This document shows, piece after piece, positions 41,350 to 55,578 of a stretch of DNA of 64,000 nucleotides. A program made the position numbers and the translations under genes. Within the stretch, counting starts at the first letter, position 1; each line of letters opens with the position of its first letter. The stretch comes from an uncultured Chloroflexia bacterium (GTDB taxonomy: Bacteria > Chloroflexota > Anaerolineae > CG2-30-64-16): the NCBI GenBank assembly GCA_963774265.1, contig CAVZDU010000006.1, forward strand, positions 96,001 to 160,000. The letters run 5' to 3'. The notes beneath the pieces are model-generated. The model saw only the letters and a program-made list of their open reading frames with translations. It did no database searches and was not told where the DNA came from.

Positions 41350-42189
41350 ATGGAGCATTCTTTGTTGGCGGTTTTTGCGCATCCGGACGACGAGGCGTTC
41401 GGGACGGGCGGCACACTGGCACGCTATGCGAGTGCGGGGGTCGCCACAACGCTGGTGTGCGCGACGCGCGGAGAGGCCGGTGAGATCGCCGAGGGGGTCG
41501 AGGCGACCCCGGAGACGCTGGGCCAGGTGCGCGAGGACGAGCTGCGCTGCGCGTCAGACACGATAGGGGTGCGGGAGCTGATCTTCCTGGATTACTGCGA
41601 CTCTGGAATGGCCGGCACAACGGTGAATCAAGACCCGGCGTCATTCATCAACGCGCCGGCCGAAGAGGTTATCTCGCAACTTGTCGGCATCATCCGCCGG
41701 ATCCGGCCGCAGATCGTCATCACCTTCGAGCCGAACGGCGGCTATGGCCACCCCGACCACATCGCGATCCACAAGCACACCGTGGCCGCCTTCCATGCCG
41801 CGGCGGACCCCCATCGCTATCCCGAGCTCGGCCCCGCGTGGCAGGCGCAGCGTCTGTTCTACACCGCGATCCCCCGTTCGTTCTTCCGCCGCATGGCTGA
41901 GGAGATGCGCGGCCTGGGGATGGACATGAGCGAGTACGGATGGCTGGAAGATGCAAACGACGGCGGCTGGCCCGATGAAGAGGTGACCGCGGTGATCGAC
42001 GTGACCGCCACCGTGGAGGCCAAGTGGTCCGCCCTGTACTGCCACCGGACGCAGTTCGGGCCGGGCAACCTGTTCCGCAGGCTGCCCGACGCGACCGTGA
42101 AGGAGCTGATGCGCTACGAGTCCTACGCGCAGGCATGGCCGCCGCGCACGGCTGCTGTACCGGATGACGACCTGTTTGCCGGTCTGTAA
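41350..42189 (+). CDS. PIG-L family deacetylase (MshB/LmbE-like)
   Basis: AHPDDE, TRGEAG, DSGM, GGYGHPDH, HRTQ. Confidence 0.9.
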   Translation: MEHSLLAVFAHPDDEAFGTGGTLARYASAGVATTLVCATRGEAGEIAEGVEATPETLGQVREDELRCASDTIGVRELIFLDYCDSGMAGTTVNQDPASFINAPAEEVISQLVGIIRRIRPQIVITFEPNGGYGHPDHIAIHKHTVAAFHAAADPHRYPELGPAWQAQRLFYTAIPRSFFRRMAEEMRGLGMDMSEYGWLEDANDGGWPDEEVTAVIDVTATVEAKWSALYCHRTQFGPGNLFRRLPDATVKELMRYESYAQAWPPRTAAVPDDDLFAGL

Positions 42190-42284
42190 GGTGCAGATTC
42201 TCGCTTCTGATCGCGTGGGCCGGCTGGCGTACGATTGCGATCCCTGCACCCAACCTGTAACACGCTCGCCGTCCCCGCGCGCGC

Positions 42285-42313
42285 TTGACAACCTAATCAT
42301 GGCATCCTAAAAT
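42285..42313 (+). promoter_or_regulatory. Putative sigma70 promoter
   Basis: TTGACA-17 nt-TAAAAT. Confidence 0.6.
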
Positions 42314-42345
42314 CAGGTCATAATGACCCGTTGAGGTGAGTTTCT

Positions 42346-42927
42346 ATGTCTCTATCGACGGAAACCAGCGTCGTAAAGGCTGAGAGGGAACCCACAGAAA
42401 TACAAGAAGAGAATGTCAGCCCCACGCCCGTCGCGATGATTGAAACAGATCGATCTGAGCCGCTAAATGTCGACACGATCAGGGAATTATGGTCCAAGAC
42501 CTACAATACGAATGGAAAACCGGATTGGTCCCATATCTACCCGTATTATCACCCGGACGTGGTCTTCCAGGATTCCATCCAGCGGATCGAAGGGATAGAG
42601 GAGTTCGTCGCCCTCTGCGAGCGCCTGACAAAGCGCTGTGAGATGCTGCAGATGGAGATCCACTCCATAGCCCAGAACGCCAATACCATTCTCATGGACT
42701 GGACCATGACCATGGTCTTCAAGAAGTCTCCCAGCACTCCGATCTACGGGAGCACCAAGCTCACGCTGCACGAGGACGGAAGGATCATCGAGCAGCGCGA
42801 CTATTACGACCTGTGGGGGGACATCTTCAACGGGATTCCGTACTTCAAGAAACCCTATCGCAGGTTCATGCGCAAAGTGCTTCGGGTAGCGGGAGGAGCC
42901 AATGGCCAAGCGCAGACTGCCCGATGA
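42346..42927 (+). CDS. NTF2/SnoaL-like family protein (true stop possibly 42889)
   Basis: YHPDVVFQD..WTMTM..G.TKL..DGRIIEQRDYYD. Confidence 0.8.
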   Translation: MSLSTETSVVKAEREPTEIQEENVSPTPVAMIETDRSEPLNVDTIRELWSKTYNTNGKPDWSHIYPYYHPDVVFQDSIQRIEGIEEFVALCERLTKRCEMLQMEIHSIAQNANTILMDWTMTMVFKKSPSTPIYGSTKLTLHEDGRIIEQRDYYDLWGDIFNGIPYFKKPYRRFMRKVLRVAGGANGQAQTAR

Positions 42928-43834
42928 ACTCATGTTCATTGCGAACAGGCGGGCGATCCAGAAGACCACGACCGCTTCGATGTCGGGCAAGGTCTGTGTC
43001 GTTTCGGGGTCAACGTCGGGCGTGGGGCTGGAAGCCGTCAAGCGTCTTGCACGGGGAAGCGCTCACATCGTCATGGTCTGCCGGAACCCTGAGAAGGCCG
43101 AAAGCATCCGGCGGACAGATCCTGGCACAATACCGCTGTCCGGGTCGACGTCGTCACAGCAGATTTCAGCGATCTCGAGCAGGTCCGCACGGCCGCGGCC
43201 ACTCTCCTCAGCAACTATCCCCGCATCGATGTGCTGATCAATTCGGCCGGGCTGCATCTGCAACAGCCGCACGACCACTCCGGCCGGATTTGAGACGGTC
43301 TTCTGCGTGAACCATCTCGCGCCGTTCCTGCTGACCTACCTGCTGCTCGACCGGCTGAAGCAGAGCGCTCCGGCTCGCATCATCCATGTGAATTCCGAGG
43401 GTCACCGGTTCGGCGGCCTGGACCTGAATGATCTGGACTGGAAACGCCGCCTCTACATCGGACTCCGGGGCTACGGCGCATCCAAGACAGCCCAGCTTCT
43501 GACCACCTGGGAATTCGCCGACCGCCTGAAGGGCTCCGGCGTCACCATCAACGCGATGCACCCGGGGGATGTGAGGACGAACATCGGCAACAACAACGGT
43601 CCACTGTACAGGTGGTTCCTGCACAATGTGACCTGGCACACGCTGAAGGACCCGGTCATTTCCGGTGAAGCGCTGTACTACCTGGCTGCCGCCCCCGAGC
43701 TGGCAGAGGTGAGCGGCCGCTTCTTCCACCTCACCATCGACGAAAAACCGGCGGCCCATGCCCTGGACCGGGAGAAGGGCAGCAAGGTCTGGGACGTGAG
43801 CATGCAGTTGACCGGCCTTACCCCAGGTCCTTGA
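42902..43834 (+). CDS. SDR oxidoreductase (retinol dehydrogenase-like), frameshifted
   Basis: VVSGSTSGVG, IDVLINSAG, VNHLAPFLLT, YGASK, HPGDVRT. Confidence 0.85.
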
Positions 43835-45439
43835 GGATCCGGTCCGCGGCCAGCTTGCCGGTCAGGATCGAGATCGGCAAGCCGGAAGGGCTGTAGGTCC
43901 ACTGCCCCGCCTGGTAGGTGTCCGGAATCGGCGTCAGCACTGAACTGGCCACTTTCGGGAGCGTGCTCACAGCCGGGATGAATTCATTGGTAAATGCCCA
44001 TCCGGTGATCGCACCTTCGGAGTTTCCCGAGATCTTCTCAATGGTTAGCGGCGTGGAGGTGAAGCTGTCGATGACCGCCGCCTTCAGCCCCGGGTAGATG
44101 CTCGCATCCAGCACTTCGATCATGCGGTCCGCCATGAGTGTCCTGAACTCCTCATACCATCCCATCGCCTGGATGTGTCTTCGTCAGGGAATAGTCGAAC
44201 AGCGAGCTGATGATGAGGCCTGTTTTGCCCTCGGGGGCAAGCGCATCGTCCCTGAGAACGGGACAGGATATCTCGTAGGTGGTGAGCTCCAGGTACCGTT
44301 CCAGCCAGGCGATAATACGAGCCTTGTCGCCGATGAATCCCGCGGGGTTATTCGGTTCATCATCGAACAGGTCCTCCAGACGGACATTGGAGAGACCGGC
44401 TGTGGACGGCGTGTAGAAAAAATGGGCGCTGGATATCTCTTCAAAGTAGGTCTTGTCCAGGTTCAACGTGAGGTAGAGCGTAAAAACGGAATCTCCGCCA
44501 ACTTTTCCCGATACGGCTGTCTGCTTTGCCCGGATATCCCCGACTGCCCTGCTGTCTGTCAAAGATCCCAGGTCGACTATCCGGTAGAGGGTCTTTGGAT
44601 CCGCTGCCCAGACCAGTTTCCTGTATCGATAGACATTGCCCACGAGAATCGATCGCCTGGTGCTTGCCGGGATCGACGCTCGTGATCTCTGTTTCCGTTC
44701 GCACTTCGCCGCCATGCTCCAGCACAAACCGCTCCATCGCCCGGGCGAGAGCGCCGGTTCCTCCCCTGGGGTACGGTAGTCCAGGTAGAGGCTGAAATAG
44801 CTCAGAGCGAAGTACGCCGGGGTCTTCTGGAAGAAGTGCTGGGCAATGATGTCGATCAATGCCTGGTTGGTGGAAAACCTTGACAGGTACTCCTCCACCG
44901 GCTCGTGCAGTTTCCCGATCTTCGGCATGGTCAGCGTGTATTTCAACAGCCACGGCAGAATCGTCCTGAACACATATTGCGGGTTGCTTTTCAGATCGAG
45001 AAACAGCGGATTGTCGATGCCATAGAGAATATCCATGTATCCCATGACTTTCCCGATTTCCCGAACGATGCCGGCGCATATCCTCCCTGTTCTCGGGAAA
45101 GTGCTTTTCCAGGAGCTCCTGGTAGGCGCGCAGGCTGTCTTGCGAGGAAATCCTGACCACATCTTTGCCAATGCCGATGGAGACAGGGTTTGGGAGGAAA
45201 TCGACCTCTATGCCCAGCTGCCTGAGCATCGGGAACACTATCCCTGAATCTTCTATGGCCCTGATCCCACCGTCGAAAACAAACCCTTTGTATTCAAACG
45301 AATTGACCAGTCCCCCGGTCTTCTTTTCCTTTTCGCACAGCAGCACCTTCAAGCCCGCCTTGGAAAGGTAGGCCGCGGCCGTGAGGCCGGCCATTCCTCC
45401 TCCTACAATCAGGACATCGGATGCAAGTGATGATTCCAT
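43818..45439 (-). CDS. Phytoene desaturase-family FAD-dependent oxidoreductase, frameshifted
   Basis: IVGGGMAGLTAA..EKEKKTGG..FDGG; YPRGGTGAL; STPLTIEK..GAITGW; AGQWTYSPSGLP. Confidence 0.85.
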
Positions 45440-45610
45440 TGTTCCCTTCCTCAACAGACGATGCTCAATCAAGTATACCGGACTCACCGCAAGCGACCAA
45501 GTAGTGCAGCCTGACGCCGTTCACGACGAAGCGGCTGTCCGGATGCGCCACCTGCTCGGGCTGCACTGTGCCTTGCCGCGACAAGGTAGGAATCAGGGCC
45601 CGGCCCAGAA

Positions 45611-48600
45611 TCAGTCGCGCGCGCCCACGTGGATGGCGAATGCATCCATCGCGGGCAGCGATGCGACGATCCCCCCGTTAGCCACGGTGATCAGGCTCTC
45701 GGGCGGCGCGTCGAGGCCGGTGACGGGGTCGACGCATTTGCCGGACGTCGCACCGAAGTCGTAGTGGACGACATTGCAATAAACCCCATCGGGCATGCCG
45801 GTCGTGTAGATGACGTTGGCCGCATCCCGGCTCGTGCCGTTGATGGCCACGAACCCTTTGCTCCCCAGCCCGAACGCGATGTGATCGGATGGGATGCCGC
45901 CGATGTTCTGCCAGTCCCGGACCGCCTCGCCCGCGGTCGCCTTGCGGAACGCGACCATGTTAGCAGTCGACGTCCGCCGGTGCTCGCACGCCCATTTGCC
46001 GTTTTCGTAGGCCGCCGAGCAGTTGGCCGGTGTGTCGCCCGCGACCTGGTCCGGGCCATAGACCGGGCGGGTCTCAGCCCCTAACCCCACGCCCCAGGTT
46101 TTGCCGCCATCGTTACTGGAGGGCGGCCCTATGCTGTCGCCGGTGTTGTCCGTGGAGCTGGTCTGCCAGTAGAAGCTGGACATCACGGACGGATAGCCGT
46201 AGGGATAGGCCAGGGCGAAGATGTTGGCCAGCACGTGTTCCTGCCCGTCGCGGTGATCCACCACACAGCCTGAGCCCACGCCGTGCCCGCGCTGGTTGTC
46301 GTGGTTGTCGGTGAACACCTGGGCAAACCGCGAGGGCAGCATGTCGCCTTGCGAAAACCGGTTTTGCAGGTCGCTCAGGCGGCCGCTGCACGCGTCGTCG
46401 AACGCAGCGCCCAGCGCGAACGCTGTAGGAGAACTCGGTGACGTCGCCGTCGGCCGCGTATTCCCAATCGCGCACCGGCTCCGCGCTGCTCTGGTCGATG
46501 GTTTCCTGAAGACGTAGAACTTGCCCTGCAGGCCGCCGAGGATTGCGGCGATGTCCTGGGCCGCCATGTGCTTGCCGCCGTCGATCCGGAAGCCCGTGAC
46601 GCCCGCATCGAGCAGCGCCTGCAGATAGCCCCGGAGCTTGGCCTGCACCTCGGGCTTCCCGGTGTTCAGGTCCGGCAGGCCCGAAAGCGCACAGGTCTGC
46701 ACCTGAGTCCGATCCCCGTAGTTGCTGATGGTGCAATCGGGGTGGAAGTCGCCGGCCTGGTACTGTACCCCATAGAAACGCGTGGCGGGCATCCGTATCG
46801 TATTCCGTGCCCGCAGTGCCCGCGGGGGCGTCCCCACCTCGATCGCAGCCATGTGGTTGATTACGGCGTCCACGTAGATGCCCACCCCGACGCTCTTGCA
46901 CGCAAGCACCATGCTCTCGAACTCGGCCCACGTGCCGCTGCGGCAGGTGAACCTGGCCACGTCGTGCGAGACGGGCTGGTAGCGCACCCACCAGGGGTAA
47001 TCGTTGGCCTCGCCGCCGCCCATGTTCGCGGTCGGGACGATGTGCTCCTGGGGCGGTGAGACCTGCACCGCGGCGTAGCCCTTCTCCGCGAGGTACGGGC
47101 ACTCCTTCTCGATGTCGGCCCAGCGCCACTCAAAGAGATGCACGAAGACGCCACCTTCCGGCGCGGGCGATGCGTCGGCTGCGGGCAAGACGGTGAGCAG
47201 GCCGTCACCCTGCGCCGTTCGTCCTGCCGCCACATCTGAGCCTCGCCCGCCTTCCGGCAGGACGCGGTGAAGCCATAGGTGCCCGGCGCCAGCGTGTTGA
47301 GCATCGCCTGCGAGAGCGTGGCTTTGTACTCGTCGTTGTTTCCTTTTTGGACGTTCCAGGTCATGGGCAGCTCGTTCCACGCCGAGCCGTACACGCCCCA
47401 GTGCAGCGAGCACGCGATGGCCGCAGTCTCGCCTGCGGTTGCGCCTTCGCCCGCGGCCTCGGTCACCCCGGGCTCGTACACCTGGACGTACACGTCGAGG
47501 CCGCTGTCAGCCGCACCCTGGGTGATCTCGTTGGCGACGCCGCCCCGCGGAAACATGTCACCCACCCAGTCCAACGTGCTGGGCGGAAGGGGCTGGGCCA
47601 GCGACTGGGACGAGACGAAGACCGCGGTCGTGCGCGCGGGGATGGTGAACGCACCCGCGGCCTCGTCGAAGCCCGCGGTCTGGACCACCGGGTCAGCGTC
47701 GAGCGAGTCGGCCTGCAGCGGGTGCAGGGTGAACCCGGCCGCGCCGCTGATGGTGACGGTCTGGCTGATCTTGTTGGCGTTGAAGAAGACCAGGATCGTC
47801 TCCACCCGCGCGTCGAGGTCGGGCTCCGGCGCATCCGACAACGCCATCACGATCAGCCCGTCCTGGCCGGTGTTGTAGAACCAGGTGCGTGCGTTGATAC
47901 TGGCTTCGCTGGTCATCCGGAAGAGCGGCGAGCTCTTGCGGATGCGCAGGATCTCACGCAGATGCGCGGCCGCCGCGTTCATGTCGGCTGCCGTTGGGTT
48001 GAGGTCTCCATCGGCCAGCAGCGGGGCCATGATCTGCCAGCGGCCCTGGTTATCCCAGGCCGGCGGCAGGCCCACGCCGAAGTTGTTGCTGCTGCTGTCC
48101 CAGTAGACCCGGTTGAACCAGTCGCCCGAGTCGTAGCTATTGCGGTCCAGCGACTTGGAACGCAGGATGTCGCTGCCCATCTGGAAGAACGGAATGCCCT
48201 GGGCCAGGCCGATGAGGCTGATCCCCATGTTCTGGCTAGCCACCCGGTCGGCCATCGCCGTGGTCGGGATGCCGCGATCCAGGATGCCCGATCCAGCCGG
48301 GGTTGCCGCTCCCGTCGCCGTTGGGCAGCTTGAAAATGTTCTGGTCGAACAACGTCTCGTTGTCGTGCTTCTCGACGTAGTTGACCGCTTCCTGCGGGTC
48401 GTCGGTGAAGGGCGTCCCCTGGCCGTTCCAGTCCGCACCGCTGCCGCGCAGCGCGGAGCGCAGGCTATCGGTGGCAGCCCACAGGTCGCCCTGGCCGCGC
48501 TGGTCGTAAGCGATAGCCATTCCAATCGTACGACAGGCCGTTGATGAAGCCCTGGCGGCGGATGCCGATCGGGTCCTGGCTGTAGCCGCCGTGCGCGGCA

Positions 48601-50474
48601 TCACGGATGATGTCGTTGAACGCGCCGATGCCGGAGCCGGTCATGTTCCACTTGCCGGCGTAGCACCAGCCCCCGGTGCAATCCGTGAAGCCCTTGGCCA
48701 GCGCGGAGCCAAAGTCCCACCCCTCGCCGTACAGGTAAATCTTGCTCCCGTCCACGCCGTTCGCGGCCACGGTCAGTGCCTGGAGCGCGGCCTTGATGTT
48801 CTCCATGTTCCGCCGCGTGTGGAAGTTCATCAGGTCGAAGCGGAAGCCGTCCACCTTGTAGTCGACCGCCCACCGGGTGAGGGTGTCGATCATCAGCTTC
48901 TCGACCATCTCGTACTCGGAAGCGGTGTCCGAGCAGCAGGAATCGGTGTAGGCCGCGCCGTCGGTGGTGTAGCGGTAGTAGTAGCCGGGCACGACCTTGT
49001 CGAGCACCGAATGGTCGTCCTGCCCGCTGGCCGCGGTGTGGTTGTAGACCACGTCCATCACCACACGCAGGCCGTTGCGGTTGAGTGCGGACACCATGTC
49101 GCGGAACTCCACGATGCGCGCCACGCCGTTAGCATCCGTGCTGTACGAGCCTTCGGCCGCGCCATAATGCTCGGGGTCATAGCCCCAGTTAAAGCCATCG
49201 AGCCCGCGCGTTGCGGCCACGGTGGCCTGCTGGACCTGCGAGTTGCGAGCCGCGGCCTGGACGACCGGCTCAGTCCGCTGCGCCGGGGTCTCGATCACCG
49301 AGGCGATGTCGAAGGCCGGCAGCAGGTGGATGTGGGTCAGCCCTGCCTCCTGCAATTGCAGCAAGTGGCTCATGCCGTCCGAGAGCGCGGTGTTGGGGTC
49401 CGGTCCGTCGCCGTCGTAGGTGAACGCACGGTACGTGCCGCGATCCGCCTCGGCCACGGTGGCGTCATTGATGCTGAAATCGCGGATGTGCGTCTCGTAG
49501 ATGACGATGTCTTCCGCCGCGGCGAGGTCCGGCTTGGGCAGGGTGTCCCAGCCCGCGGGCTTGAGATCGGGGGCCGCCAGGTCCACGAACTGGCTGCGCG
49601 GGTCCGCGGCGGCCGTCGTGTCCGCGGACAGGTTGACCGCGTAGGGGTCGGTGACCAGGTTGTGGACCACCGCGTCCTCTGACGGGACGTACACCTGGAC
49701 GTCAAACAGGTAGAACTGGCGATCCCATGAGGCGTCACCGGTCACGAGCCACGACGCCGGACCCCGGGTCCAGGGTCATGGGGTGGCTGCCCACCTCCGC
49801 ACCCGTCGGGGTGGCGTAGCGCTTCAGCGTCACCGACACGGCCGTGGGCGCCCACACCTTGATCGTAGGCGTGGCGCCGCCGGCAGCGCCATTGTAAGTC
49901 ACGCCCAACGTCTGCGCCCCGGCGCTGGCCGCGTAGAGTGCGTCCAGCACGCTCTGGATCTGGACGGCTGTCGCGTCGAGGCCGCGTCGTGCCGTCATAG
50001 CTGACGACGACGACCTGGCCCTTGAGCAGGTGCTTCGCGTCATCCGCAGACAGTCCGGTGACCAGGCGGAGTCAGGCCGGTTGCGTTGGGATTCTTGGGA
50101 TAGCCGCTGACCGTGCCTTCGGCTGTGAGGGGCACGTAGCAGGGGACGGTGGCCGCGGCCAAGCAAGCCGTGCCCTCGGCCGCGCTCATCACGCCGCCGT
50201 CGGGGTCAAAAAGCAGCTTATAGCTCGATCCGGTGACGCCGTGCCAGGCGATCGTCCCCGCGTCCAGCCAGATCGCCTTCGCCGCGACCACGTTAATCGG
50301 GCCTGGGACCGCTTCGGTAGTCGCGGGGCCATTGTCGACATTCAGAGAGGTTGGGGCCGGCGGAAGATCCGGTGCAGGCCGCGGCCGGGTGTTACGGAAG
50401 AAGATTGCCGCCGCAAGAATCAGAACCAGCAAGACCACCAGCGCCACGAGGCGCGTTCGGGGGGTCATGTTCAT
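45611..50474 (-). CDS. Pullulanase-type alpha-1,6-glucosidase (GH13, DUF3372) fused to a C-terminal alpha-amylase; multiply frameshifted
   Basis: [77 protein letters not shown]; then [41 protein letters not shown]. Confidence 0.85.
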
Positions 50475-50593
50475 CGTGCGAACTCCTAACTCGGATGATG
50501 GGAGTCATCGTTGTCCCTCGTTCGCCCGCAGCGCTGTCAGGCGGAAGATAAGATTATAAGCCATCCCGGCTCGAAACCCCAGAACGGCATGAC

Positions 50594-50660
50594 TTGACAG
50601 CCGCGCATAGGCCAAGTATCATCTTTTTAGAAACTGGTTATCCATAGATTATAAATCGCA
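50594..50660 (+). promoter_or_regulatory. Promoter of perR-katG with an AT-rich Per/Fur-box-like segment
   Basis: TTGACA-17 nt-TATCAT, followed by TTTAGAAACTGGTTATCCATAGATTATAAAT. Confidence 0.55.
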
Positions 50661-50675
50661 GTTAGGTGCTTAGCA

Positions 50676-51116
50676 ATGCCTGATCCCGAGTCTCGATTTC
50701 AGCAGTTGGTGGCCAAGCTAAAGGCGAGCGATTATCGCCTTACACCTCAGCGCGTGGCGCTGCTGCGGCTCATCGCCTCCAGCGAGGGACACCCCAGCGC
50801 CTCCCACTTGTACGAGCAGATCAAGGCGCAATTCCCGACGACCAGCCCAGCGACCGTTTACAAGACGCTCAATCTCCTGAAGGAATTGGGCGAGGTGTTG
50901 GAGCTTGGCTTCAGCAACGATGACAATCGCTACGATGGCAGCCGGCCCTATCCGCATCCGCATCTTATCTGCATCCGCTGCCGGAAGATCAGCGACCCCA
51001 GGTGAGCCTCGTGGACGATTTGACGCAAGAAGTCGCGGAACTGATCGGGCTACCAGGTGCTCAGCCACCGGCTCGATTTCTACGGGCTGTGTCCTGATTG
51101 CCGGCAGAGTCGGTAG
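50676..51116 (+). CDS. perR: Fur-family peroxide-responsive regulator (PerR-like); frameshift near 51000
   Basis: RLTPQR, HPSA, ATVYKTL, RYD..HPHLICIRC, YGLCPDC; directly upstream of katG. Confidence 0.85.
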
Positions 51117-51157
51117 AGGAGGGGCGGGGTCTCTTTTTTGCCTTGAATGAATAATGA

Positions 51158-53391
<2,234 letters not shown>

Positions 53392-53572
53392 CATAAACGT
53401 CTTCGAGGGCTTCTGACAGGGCCGCGGAAAGGGGTCAGCCAACAACCTCTTCCGGCGGCCTTGTCGCGGCCGGCCCCGTGTGCGATGTGGATTCTGTTCT
53501 CCCGCAGAGCCTTCGTTTCGACCGCAAGCTCCCCATGAGCGCTCGGTGACCTGTGTGGCTAGCGTGCCGGCA

Positions 53573-54301
53573 TCACCGGCGTGCCGCTTGTCGCGCCAGA
53601 TCGCGATGCGTGCCGTCGCAGAGGGGTTTGCTGTCCGAGTGCCCGCAGTTGCAGAGCGTGACGCGGTTGCGGGTTTCGAACGGCTGCCCGTCCGAACGCT
53701 CGATCGGGATGCCGCCGGTCACCCAGAGTGGTCCGGCGATGGGACCCTCGGAGGTGATCTCAGTGGTCACGGCCACCTGCTGAGGCAAATCCGGCTCGAT
53801 GTCCGGCCCATTCTCCTCGATGCGATAAGTCAGCGCACCGGAGGGGCAGCGCTCGACCATGGCCATGACCAGCGAGCGCACCTTGGTGTCACCGGTGGCC
53901 GTCACAAACTGGGCTATACCGGCCTCGCGCATGCCGCAGAAGCCCGACTCCATGCAGAGCGTGGGATCTTTCCTGACGACGATGCGTGTGCCGCGCGGGA
54001 ACATCATCGCGCGTTCTTCGGTGACCCCTGTGTCGGCCGTTTCCGTGCCGTCGAAGCCTTCCACCCGATGGGTGCCATCACAGAAGGGCTTATCGCTCGA
54101 CTGGCCGCACCGGCAGAGGTGATATTCGCCCTCGCTGACGGCGAGCACGCCGTCCTTTTGCCAGGTCAACGGCTCACCATACTCGGAAACCACCTGTGTC
54201 TTGCTAACCAGGGGCACGTCACCTTCAACGATATACGGCCCGTTCTTTCTGACGACGATCCGCTTGCCCTTGACCGGGCCGCTTGTTTCATTGGTTGCCA
54301 C
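53573..54301 (-). CDS. Protein with two CDGSH iron-sulfur domains flanking a (4Fe-4S) domain
   Basis: LCRCGQSSDKPFCDGTH; LCMESGFC..CPSGAL; LCNCGHSDSKPLCDGTH. Confidence 0.9.
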   Translation of the reverse strand: MATNETSGPVKGKRIVVRKNGPYIVEGDVPLVSKTQVVSEYGEPLTWQKDGVLAVSEGEYHLCRCGQSSDKPFCDGTHRVEGFDGTETADTGVTEERAMMFPRGTRIVVRKDPTLCMESGFCGMREAGIAQFVTATGDTKVRSLVMAMVERCPSGALTYRIEENGPDIEPDLPQQVAVTTEITSEGPIAGPLWVTGGIPIERSDGQPFETRNRVTLCNCGHSDSKPLCDGTHRDLARQAARR

Positions 54302-54390
54302 GGTATCTGCTCCTCGATCCAAAATCATACGGCCTTCAGTATAACTCAGACCGCGCTTCGGTTGCGAATTGGGCGGATAGGGAACGGGCC

Positions 54391-55578
54391 TCAGTCGTTC
54401 TGGGAAATGATGTCGACGATCTGCCCGCCCCGCACATAAGCCCGCGCCACCCGGGGCAGTAGCGACGTCGTCACCTCGTAGTTGATCGTGCCGGCCAGTT
54501 GCGCCACTTCTTCCGCGCGTATCTGTTCTTTGCCTTGCCTGCCCACCAGCACGACCTCGTCATCCTGCCCGACGCCAGGGAGTTGGGTCACGTCCACGAC
54601 GAACTGGTCCATGCACACGCGGCCCCGGACCGGTGCGCGTTGGCCGCGGATCAGCACACTTGCCCGGTTGGAGAGGATGCGATGATACCCATCGCCATAG
54701 CCCACGGGAACCAGGGCGACGGTGGTCGGGGCGGAGGTCACATAGGTGTGGCCATAGCTGATGCCGCTGCCCGCCGGCAGCTCCCGAACGCGGCTCACCC
54801 GGCTCTTGAGTGTCAGCGCGGGCCGGATCTCGAAGGGGGGCAGCCACTCGGAGGAGGGATCGAGCCCATACATGGCTATGCCGACCCGCACGGCCTGAAG
54901 GTGCGACCCGGGCAGGTGCATGGTGGCGGCGCTGTTGGCCGCGTGGGCCAGGGGGGTGATGCCGGCGACCCGCAGGGCCGCCAGGACATCGTCGAACACG
55001 CCGAGCTGCCGGCGCAACTGGACCTGGTCTGCCGCATCGGCCGTGGCGAAGTGCGTAAAGACACCCTCCAGGCGGATGCCGTCGAGGCCTTGGAGCCAGG
55101 CCGCGAACTCCGGCGCCTCGCCCGGCATGAGGCCATAACGGCCCATCCCGGTGTCGACCTTCAGATGCACCGGCACGATCACGCCTGCGGCCTGGGCGCG
55201 GGCCGCGAACGCCAGGGCAAATTCGGGGGTGATCAGGCTGGGGGTCAATCGCCAGCGGACCGCGCTCTCCGCTGCCGCGGCAGGGGTGTAGCCCATGATG
55301 AGGACGGGCGCCTCGATGCCGGCCTGGCGGAGTTCGATGCCCTCACTGAGCCGGTGGACGGCCAGCCGCGTGGCCCCCGCCTCGAGCGCGGCCCGCGCCA
55401 CGGGCGCCGCGCCGTGGCCATAGGCGTTCGCCTTCACGACCGCGAAAACCTCGACGCGCTCACCAACATGCCGCCGGAACGCGCGCACGTTGTGGGCAAT
55501 CGCGTCGAGGTCGATTTCGGCCCAGGTGACCAGTTCATCTGTGCGCAGGCACGTTTCGTTCTGCCGGCGATCACCCAC
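54391..55578 (-). CDS. alr: Alanine racemase
   Basis: AVVKANAYGHG (PLP Lys), HLKVDTGMGR, THFA, ANSAA, SYG, GYGDG, GRVCMDQ, GTINYE. Confidence 0.97.
   Translation of the reverse strand: MGDRRQNETCLRTDELVTWAEIDLDAIAHNVRAFRRHVGERVEVFAVVKANAYGHGAAPVARAALEAGATRLAVHRLSEGIELRQAGIEAPVLIMGYTPAAAAESAVRWRLTPSLITPEFALAFAARAQAAGVIVPVHLKVDTGMGRYGLMPGEAPEFAAWLQGLDGIRLEGVFTHFATADAADQVQLRRQLGVFDDVLAALRVAGITPLAHAANSAATMHLPGSHLQAVRVGIAMYGLDPSSEWLPPFEIRPALTLKSRVSRVRELPAGSGISYGHTYVTSAPTTVALVPVGYGDGYHRILSNRASVLIRGQRAPVRGRVCMDQFVVDVTQLPGVGQDDEVVLVGRQGKEQIRAEEVAQLAGTINYEVTTSLLPRVARAYVRGGQIVDIISQND

Noticed and set aside
51001-51006. TGA in perR as selenocysteine or readthrough
   Set aside because: The conserved C-terminus (YGLCPDC) continues in another frame, so this is an indel, not recoding.
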